A stretch of DNA of 64,000 nt, from positions 64,001 to 128,000 of the IMG/VR virus record IMGVR_UViG_3300034126_000020. The stretch is one strand, 5' to 3'. Positions 1 through 6,472 of this stretch are shown here, in pieces. The translations under genes and the position numbers were made by a program. Every line of letters begins with the position of its first letter. The stretch's first letter is position 1. A model generated the notes under the pieces. The model was given only the letters and a program-made list of their open reading frames with translations, had not been told where the DNA came from and did not search any database. Source of the stretch: a virus. Lineage: Duplodnaviria; Caudoviricetes.

Positions 1-189
1 ACCAGCATCCTGTTCACGTCTGACGATGTTGAAGACGCACCTGTGATCACCCGTGAAGACGGTAACTATCAGGTTCAGTTGACTGCGAAGGTTGGCTCGT
101 ATGCCTGGTATGGCACGGGCCTATTGATCTTCCGCAACCTTCCTCACATCTCGTTGGCCATCGTGGACAACAACCTCTCCTGGAGCTAA
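1..189 (+). CDS. 3' end of a phiKZ-like virion/tail structural protein (partial)
   Basis: Frame 1 is open from base 1 to TAA 187-189 (…VQLTAKVGSYAWYGTGLL…), resembling LTLKAKAGSYAYIGTV in ORF 4868-5404. Confidence 0.7.
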   Translation, partial: TSILFTSDDVEDAPVITREDGNYQVQLTAKVGSYAWYGTGLLIFRNLPHISLAIVDNNLSWS

Positions 190-537
190 GTGATGCCTAT
201 CAATTGGATCAACTACTTCTTCCACACTGACTTCAGTGAGCATGCTGAAACGCTGTCTCAGATCCCGAGCGATGTGGAATTGCAGCACGATCAGCGTCTG
301 GCATTGGCCAGTATCCTGACCAGTGCTGACAAGGGCGTTGGCAAAGACCTGTGGCGCGCTGAGGGTTCCGAGAAGGAATGGAACCTGAGCCTGGCCACGG
401 TGTTCTACAACGACCGCAACAGCAATCGGTTTGCCACCAATTCCAAGTACAGTCACGTACTGATCTTGGCGTTCGGTCCTGAGTCGGAAGGTCCGACTGG
501 CAAGCTGTACCTCCAGTACAATCGTGAGGTAGCGTAA
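190..537 (+). CDS. virion structural protein, 115 aa
   Basis: ORF with GGAG at 182-185; WNL-x-A-x-V-x-YN…LYLQYN pattern as recalled from phiKZ-like tail proteins. Confidence 0.65.
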   Translation: MMPINWINYFFHTDFSEHAETLSQIPSDVELQHDQRLALASILTSADKGVGKDLWRAEGSEKEWNLSLATVFYNDRNSNRFATNSKYSHVLILAFGPESEGPTGKLYLQYNREVA

Positions 538-539
538 TC

Positions 540-2147
540 ATGTCCATTCCTTTGATGTTTGGGTTCGATGCACTCCCAATTCGGTCTGCCATGTACGCTG
601 CACACATGAAGGTTGAGGGGTTCGATCAACTGGACCTGATCTCCAGCACCACGAACTGGCTGACCACTCGGATCAATGGTCGGACGTGGTTGACTGCTCA
701 GCAGACGTTCTACTCCAACATCAGTTCGAACATCACCCGTACGTTCTGGTTGTTCCAACGCTCTCTGAATGAGCTGTTTGGCACCCCGTCGGTCATGACG
801 AAAGGCGTGATCGGGGTTCGGATGTTTGTAGAGCAGGGTTTCATCGACCGTGGTGCTGTCGCACTCCTCTACATCGGCGGCATTCCGGTCGATGGTATTC
901 TTCCGACTAAGTTGACTGCTGGCGAGCACTACGTGGAATACGAGATTGATCTCGTGACCTTCACGGTCCGGACTTACCTCAACGCGACGCTGGTCAACAC
1001 GTATCAGTTCGCTGGTGCGGTAGCCATGGCTTCTGTTGTACAACTGGGCATCACTTTTGTCAACCAGCAAAACTTGCCAACGGTCAGCATGCTCAGTTTC
1101 AACGACTTTTACACGACTTACGATAACCAAGACGGTGAAGTCTCTGGTCGACTGGGTCCTGTGAAAGTCCTGCCGCTGATTACGGACAAGTCCACACGTC
1201 CTGCCAACTGGTCGTACTCGGATGCAGACGCTCTGTACAGCTATTTCGACTACGATCAAGATGCGACTGGTGGCCTGTATTCTGGTCATTGCCTGATCCC
1301 TCGGTACACCACTGAAATTGAAGTGGCTGGCCAGTTCAAATGGGACTCAGTGCCTCTCAGTGCCTCACCTCTGAGCTATCAGCGTTTTAACCCGCCAGCA
1401 CAGATAGGTGATTCTTGGGCTGCCGCCACCGCAGCCACAGCGATCCGGGTTAACGTGACGTTCGAACGGGCTAAAAAGGCCGCTGCGTATGCCCTCTACG
1501 GGTACAGTAGCGGTTACGGTGCATTCGACGATTGGACGTTCGAAGGCAGTAACGATGGTCAGGCTTGGACTGTTCTCGATACCCGCGTAGGTTGCGCTGC
1601 GAAGATCCAGAGCGGGACTAAAGCGTATGCGTTCAAGATCGACCCGGCCAAGGTTGGTAGCTATCGCTATTTCCGTTGGAACGTGTCGAAGGTGTTGGTT
1701 GCACCTTCTCAAGCCGGCCGTGTTTACATGGGTCACTTCCAAGTCTTGGGCGACCCGGCTGACGCAGCCCTGAACGGACTGTACGACGGCTTGACCCGCA
1801 GTCCAAACGGTTCGCAGACTGACTTGGATTACCCGGTGGTTCGCACTGGCATTGATGGCAGTGAAGCGAGCTTCGGCTTCAAAGTTCCTGAACTCGGTAC
1901 CAGTCAAGTGTTGGCTGTACGTATGGGCCTCACTGCTCGCCGTGATCAGGCAAGTTCTGAACACATTCGGGCAAAATTGAAGGTCGGTGAAACGGCCACA
2001 GCCGAACGTGTGTTCGAACTGAAACCTCACGCCGAGCGGCAAGACATGTTCCCCATTGCTTTGAAAGCACCTGACGGAACTGCTTGGACCAAAGCGAGCC
2101 TGGAAAGTCTTCAGGTTGTCATTAAATCGAAAAGTGGAGCCAAGTAA
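540..2147 (+). CDS. tail/virion protein with inserted F5/8-type-C (discoidin/CBM32-like) domain
   Basis: 535 aa; WTFEGSNDGQAWTVLD…YRYFRWNV discoidin-like signature; N- and C-parts paralogous to 2150-3211. Confidence 0.7.
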   Translation: MSIPLMFGFDALPIRSAMYAAHMKVEGFDQLDLISSTTNWLTTRINGRTWLTAQQTFYSNISSNITRTFWLFQRSLNELFGTPSVMTKGVIGVRMFVEQGFIDRGAVALLYIGGIPVDGILPTKLTAGEHYVEYEIDLVTFTVRTYLNATLVNTYQFAGAVAMASVVQLGITFVNQQNLPTVSMLSFNDFYTTYDNQDGEVSGRLGPVKVLPLITDKSTRPANWSYSDADALYSYFDYDQDATGGLYSGHCLIPRYTTEIEVAGQFKWDSVPLSASPLSYQRFNPPAQIGDSWAAATAATAIRVNVTFERAKKAAAYALYGYSSGYGAFDDWTFEGSNDGQAWTVLDTRVGCAAKIQSGTKAYAFKIDPAKVGSYRYFRWNVSKVLVAPSQAGRVYMGHFQVLGDPADAALNGLYDGLTRSPNGSQTDLDYPVVRTGIDGSEASFGFKVPELGTSQVLAVRMGLTARRDQASSEHIRAKLKVGETATAERVFELKPHAERQDMFPIALKAPDGTAWTKASLESLQVVIKSKSGAK

Positions 2148-2149
2148 TC

Positions 2150-3211
2150 ATGGCAATCAAAGAAATCTTGGGCGCAGATGACTTTCCTCTCGCTGCCCGC
2201 TGGCCAACGTGGCTCTTGCTTGGCAAGGGCGTGGCTCCTTCGGTTAACCAAGGCCTGACCTCCGCTAACACCGGTGCTACTGCCTACAATGGTCGCACCT
2301 GGATGAAAGTGACGGGTAACGCTAACCCCGGTCTTACCGCGCTGCTCAGTGATCTGAAGTTCTCGGTTGCTGAAATGAAGGCCAAGAAGATCTGGCTGGG
2401 TTTCCGCCACGTGATCGGCAGTAACGCCGCTGTAACTGGCGCGGTTCCTATCCTGGGCGTCCAGACCATCGGTGCCGCTGGCACGTTCAACGTGGTGCTG
2501 GAATCGGATCTTCAGCGGGCAACTGATGAAGTCTTCGTTGAATGCTTGATCGACTTGGCAGCAGGTAAGATCGATGGCTACATCGACGGGGCCTTGGTCA
2601 GAAGCGTTGCTACAACTTCGTTGACCGTGGCCAACTTGACGAACATCCGTTTGTTTTACGGTATGTCGTCGGGAGCAGTCGTTTCCGAACTCCATCTGTA
2701 CAACGACTTCTACTGGCTGGTTGATTCCAGTGACGTGGACCAGTTGCCTTCGAACCGTCTGGGGCCGATTAAGGTCAAGACTGCCAAGGTAGCGGGTTCT
2801 GTCCTGCCGAGCGACTGGACTGTTCCGGATGGTCAGACTGCCGACGGTATCCTCGACGCCAGCACCATGGCACCGAACACCGAACTCACGCCAGTGATCC
2901 GTACGTCACCTGCTGAATCGCCTGCCTCGATTGGTTTTGCCAAGCCGGCTGCTGAACTGGCCATCAAGGCAGTGTCGATTGAAGTGTTCGGTTATCGTGA
3001 CACAGGTACCGCTCCGACTCTGCAAGCGCAACTGAAGCAGGGCGCGAAGACAGATACCAAGAAGACCTTCACGACTCCGACATTGGACTACAACCGTGGT
3101 GCAGCGAGTGATCGACTGGGGTGCTTCAACGTTGACCTCAACGGTGCGGCGTGGACCAACGACAGCATCGACTCGCTTGAAGTCCTTATCAACTCCAAAA
3201 CCGGGGCGTAA
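2150..3211 (+). CDS. tail/virion structural protein (paralog of 540-2147)
   Basis: 353 aa; shares YNDFY…RLGP(I/V)KV and W(T)xxS(L/I)xSL(E/Q)V motifs with upstream gene. Confidence 0.7.
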   Translation: MAIKEILGADDFPLAARWPTWLLLGKGVAPSVNQGLTSANTGATAYNGRTWMKVTGNANPGLTALLSDLKFSVAEMKAKKIWLGFRHVIGSNAAVTGAVPILGVQTIGAAGTFNVVLESDLQRATDEVFVECLIDLAAGKIDGYIDGALVRSVATTSLTVANLTNIRLFYGMSSGAVVSELHLYNDFYWLVDSSDVDQLPSNRLGPIKVKTAKVAGSVLPSDWTVPDGQTADGILDASTMAPNTELTPVIRTSPAESPASIGFAKPAAELAIKAVSIEVFGYRDTGTAPTLQAQLKQGAKTDTKKTFTTPTLDYNRGAASDRLGCFNVDLNGAAWTNDSIDSLEVLINSKTGA

Positions 3212-3216
3212 CCACC

Positions 3217-4737
3217 ATGAGCGAAGCGGCTAATCTGAGGACGGTGCGCGTTCAATACCTTGTCCTCGATGACTCGCCGGCTAAGCTCAGGGACACTCGG
3301 CTTCAATACGCTGGTGACGATAACAATCCCGCCAGCGTACGCCGCATCAACGGCCAAGCCCTTATCATCGACCGCAACCCTCTGAACTTCCGTGATGTAC
3401 GGATGCAGTTTTCAGAGGACATTCAGTCCCCGGCGAGTGTTCGTCGGGTATCTGGACAGATGCTGTTGGTTGATAAGAGCCCTGCCAACGTACGTGATGT
3501 ACGGATGCAGTACTCGAGTGACCAGAGCAACCCGGCCAATTTGCGACGGTTGAATGGTTTCGTCATGACTCGGCAGGTCGATGGCCAACCTGTAAAGGCA
3601 TTGCGACTCCAGTACTTGGAAGTGGTCAACGACCCACCTCGGTTCAGTATAGATCCTTGGCTCCGTCTGATCACTGCAATCAACAGCAACAACAACACCC
3701 GCTTTATCCCGGCACACTTCACGCATGGCAATCCACAGCCAAGCACAGCGCCGAACAAATGGAACACCCAGATGGAGATCACGGCACTGCCCGCCTCCGG
3801 CTTCTCTGGCACGACCACGATCTACTTCCAGCGTTATGCAGTCGGCAGGATCTTCGACGGCAAGACGGCGGTACTTGATCTGGTTGGCAAGGTGGGGACG
3901 CATGACCTGATTCCTCAGATCAACGCTGTCTTCGGCACGACCTTTGTTCCGAACGATCTGGACAACATCCCGATTGACCATGCACGCAACCAATTCACGC
4001 TGCGCATTGCCAGCAACAGTTGGTTCTTCATTCCAGGCAGTGAGACGGTCTATCAGAACGTCGCTGACCTGTCTCTGATGTACAAGACCATTGACCTGCC
4101 TGGGTTCGTTAAGAACACCGGTCCATTGTCGGTGGTGGGGGCGAAGGAGAAAGTCAACGGTATCTATCCAGTACGAGCAGATGACGGTTCGACGTTCAAT
4201 GCGTACGTGGACATGACGACCGATGGCGGCTACTGGGTCCTCTTGGCAGATTGGACCACGGCCATGGGCACCACACTGACGTACAATGAAACTATTGTAC
4301 GAGGGAATGCGTTGAGAGGGTGGTCGCGTGATGCGGCTAACCGTCCTGCTATCCCGGCAGGTAAGATCCTGGACAACCAAGCGTCTCAGTGGATGTTCCA
4401 ATCTGACAGCCCTACGTGGAAGACCCTGTTCGGTAGTTTCCAGAAGGCAGCTCCACTTCCAGCCAACACCATCCTTGGTGCTAACGGGATTGCGGTCGAT
4501 ACTCCTGATGGCCGTCGTACGGTGTACAGTCCTCGTGCAGGATGGTACGCAGACACTGGTTTGGGTATCGCGTTCGGTCTCTGGAGCGCATGGGGGCCGG
4601 GTGGTGGTTGCGGTGGTGCCAACGTGTTCGGCACTACTCGCGAATGCCCAGTTGCTGACGCTGGCGCTTACTCAGGCCATGCCGACTACGTCTACAACAA
4701 GCGTCTCTTTGTCCGGGCTAAATCTTACGAACTGTAA
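3217..4737 (+). CDS. putative tail fibre / receptor-binding protein: repeat region + fibre-attachment domain + fibrinogen-like C-terminus
   Basis: 506 aa; 8x17-aa N-terminal repeats; NTQMEITALPASGFSG domain shared with 4868-5404; AYVDMTTDGGYWVLL resembles fibrinogen-C 'VYCDMxTDGGGWT'. Confidence 0.7.
   Translation: MSEAANLRTVRVQYLVLDDSPAKLRDTRLQYAGDDNNPASVRRINGQALIIDRNPLNFRDVRMQFSEDIQSPASVRRVSGQMLLVDKSPANVRDVRMQYSSDQSNPANLRRLNGFVMTRQVDGQPVKALRLQYLEVVNDPPRFSIDPWLRLITAINSNNNTRFIPAHFTHGNPQPSTAPNKWNTQMEITALPASGFSGTTTIYFQRYAVGRIFDGKTAVLDLVGKVGTHDLIPQINAVFGTTFVPNDLDNIPIDHARNQFTLRIASNSWFFIPGSETVYQNVADLSLMYKTIDLPGFVKNTGPLSVVGAKEKVNGIYPVRADDGSTFNAYVDMTTDGGYWVLLADWTTAMGTTLTYNETIVRGNALRGWSRDAANRPAIPAGKILDNQASQWMFQSDSPTWKTLFGSFQKAAPLPANTILGANGIAVDTPDGRRTVYSPRAGWYADTGLGIAFGLWSAWGPGGGCGGANVFGTTRECPVADAGAYSGHADYVYNKRLFVRAKSYEL
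3235..3642 (+). repeat. eight tandem 17-aa (51-bp) degenerate repeats, alternating two types
   Basis: LRTVRVQYLVLDDSPAK / LRDTRLQYAGDDNNPAS / VRRINGQALIIDRNPLN / FRDVRMQFSEDIQSPAS …; identical 19-mer CGTGATGTACGGATGCAGT at 3391 and 3493 (102 bp apart). Confidence 0.85.
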
Positions 4738-4753
4738 GACATCCGGCATATTC

Positions 4754-4781
4754 GGGAGGGCTTCGGCCCTCCCTTATTTTT
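4754..4781 (+). terminator. intrinsic terminator
   Basis: GGGAGGGC-TTCG-GCCCTCCC then TTATTTTT, just after the 4737 stop. Confidence 0.85.
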
Positions 4782-4799
4782 GCATGCCTCATCGTGGAA

Positions 4800-4820
4800 T
4801 TTTTTACGACGTATCCTATG
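4800..4820 (+). promoter_or_regulatory. putative late promoter
   Basis: TTTTTT-N5-GTATCC-TATG; TATG is the known phiKZ late-promoter core; near-identical copy at 10000-10021 (-). Confidence 0.55.
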
Positions 4821-4867
4821 AGGTCAGGAATTCTTGATCTTTTCGTAAACCTGCATCGGAGATCGCC

Positions 4868-5404
4868 ATGCAACTTGACATCCTCAAAAGTGGCCAAGAG
4901 AACTTCTTGCTGTTGGCTAACACCGCTAACAGCCAGACTCTGACTGCTTCGCAAATGACCATCGGCGCCCCACAGGTGTTCGATGATCCTGAAGACACCA
5001 ACCAGCGCAATACCCAGGTCACCATCTCGGCTCTGCCAGGTTCGACCGAATTCAAGGGCGCGCAGACCCTGCGTTACACCCGTCTGGACGTGGCTGCACT
5101 GGTTGGCGCAAGCTACGAGTTCCAGACCACTGAAGAAAGCACCATCGCCGATGTGATTGCCGGTGTTGCTGCGGCCAAGGGCCTGATCGCTGCCGATCTC
5201 GAAATCACCGAGACCGAAATGCCGACTTGGGACGACGGTACTGTGGACGGCGAAACCGCTCCACTGACCCTGAAGGCCAAGGCTGGTTCGTACGCCTACA
5301 TCGGTACCGTGACCATCAACGTGATCGAGCCAGTTGATGGCCGTGAGCGCTTCGCTGACCTGTACGCCGTACAGGACCTGGACGGTTTCGAAGCTCAGGC
5401 TTAA
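4868..5404 (+). CDS. virion structural protein (phiKZ-like tail-associated family)
   Basis: 178 aa, GGAG RBS; RNTQVTISALPGS…RYTRLD…ADLYAVQDLDGF shared with the middle domain of 3217-4737. Confidence 0.75.
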   Translation: MQLDILKSGQENFLLLANTANSQTLTASQMTIGAPQVFDDPEDTNQRNTQVTISALPGSTEFKGAQTLRYTRLDVAALVGASYEFQTTEESTIADVIAGVAAAKGLIAADLEITETEMPTWDDGTVDGETAPLTLKAKAGSYAYIGTVTINVIEPVDGRERFADLYAVQDLDGFEAQA

Positions 5405-5421
5405 TTCCGTACTTGCAGCAC

Positions 5422-5456
5422 AGAGCGAGGGCCAATGGCCCTCGCTCTTTATGCCG
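5422..5456. terminator. terminator between convergent genes
   Basis: AGAGCGAGGGCC-AAT-GGCCCTCGCTCT followed by TTATGCCG. Confidence 0.85.
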
Positions 5457-5663
5457 TTAGCCCAGAAGATTGAGGATGAGACCATCCAGCTTCTTATTGG
5501 TCATGGCAGTGCTCAGATCAACGTCACCGTTGTCATTAGGCATCTCCCATGGGACCCACTTGCCGTCAATCTTGTTGTAGCCTTGCAGTACGTTCTGGTA
5601 AGTACCCTCGACCCTGACAGCAACACCAGTGGATTCGGGATACGTTCCTTGTTTAATACGCAT
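5457..5663 (-). CDS. small tail-fibre-associated protein, 68 aa
   Basis: GAGGTG RBS; VRVEGTY…GYNKIDGKWVPW resembles fibre beta-hairpin motifs. Confidence 0.55.
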   Translation of the reverse strand: MRIKQGTYPESTGVAVRVEGTYQNVLQGYNKIDGKWVPWEMPNDNGDVDLSTAMTNKKLDGLILNLLG

Positions 5664-5675
5664 GACGCACCTCGC

Positions 5676-5927
5676 TTATTGCTGAGGCGGCTGAATGGTC
5701 AGCCAGATGTCACCATCGTTGCCAACAGCGTTGTCAGGTTGCTGAGTGCTGACATGCAGGTCACGCATGGCCATGGACTTGACGCCACCGAGCTTGTCTT
5801 TCTCTTCAGTGGTGTAGTCTTCGGTGGACAGTTGCTTACCGTCTACCTTGTCGACCTTGCCACTTAGCCGTTGCAGGATAAGTGTTGCGTAACGACGAAT
5901 CGCCGTTCTGATCTCTGGGATGTTCAT
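5676..5927 (-). CDS. short tail-fibre-like protein, 83 aa
   Basis: KVDKVDGKQLSTEDYTTEEKDKLGG and PDNAVGNDGDIW are common phage fibre motifs. Confidence 0.7.
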   Translation of the reverse strand: MNIPEIRTAIRRYATLILQRLSGKVDKVDGKQLSTEDYTTEEKDKLGGVKSMAMRDLHVSTQQPDNAVGNDGDIWLTIQPPQQ

Positions 5928-5985
5928 TAAAAGATACCTTCAGGCGCTGGATAGAAGAAGCCACATAAAATACCCATCACGGGAA

Positions 5986-6015
5986 TACAAAATAGAAGGA
6001 GGGCCGAAGCCCTCC
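5986..6015 (-). terminator. intrinsic terminator
   Basis: GGAGGGC-TTCG-GCCCTCC then TTCTATTTTG on minus strand. Confidence 0.8.
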
Positions 6016-6019
6016 CCTA

Positions 6020-6463
6020 TCACACTTCGAAGTGACCGGCAGCGAACCACCGGACACCGTAGAAGAACATCCCTGCACGCCAACGGGCAATGCCTTCACC
6101 ACGCAGAGCGCGGTAGAAGATCTCGTCAGCTTGTTGGCGAGTCACCTTGACCTGTTCACCATTGACGGTAATGGTACCGCCACTGTATAGCCAGTCATGG
6201 ATCGTCGCAGCCATGTCCCCGTAATCTGCCAGCAGGGCGTACACCGGGAATAGCACAATATTACGCAAGGCATCCAGCGATGCGTAGTTGGTCTTGAAAC
6301 CCTTCGGCACCGTGATGGTCCCGTAGACTTCATCATCAAAGCTGAAGTCCGCGAGCATCAGGTACTCACGCTTACCAATCTGGCGCGTGTCGAAGTTGGA
6401 GAAGCGTTTGAAGTATTTCACTTCAGCGGGGGTGTCTGTAAACTGGGGAAGTGGAATATCCAT
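6020..6463 (-). CDS. DUF1353-family protein
   Basis: TITVPKGFKTNYASL…AATIHDWLY…ADEIFYRAL…FYGVRWF. Confidence 0.8.
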   Translation of the reverse strand: MDIPLPQFTDTPAEVKYFKRFSNFDTRQIGKREYLMLADFSFDDEVYGTITVPKGFKTNYASLDALRNIVLFPVYALLADYGDMAATIHDWLYSGGTITVNGEQVKVTRQQADEIFYRALRGEGIARWRAGMFFYGVRWFAAGHFEV

Positions 6464-6472
6464 AGCCGTTCC

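Noticed and set aside
3235-3642. Possible CRISPR-like array from the 19-bp duplication
   Set aside because: Only two exact copies, in frame within a coding repeat; no spacer pattern or cas genes
4150-4737. Possible diversity-generating-retroelement target at the fibre C-terminus
   Set aside because: No second near-identical copy (TR/VR pair) and no reverse transcriptase seen in the window
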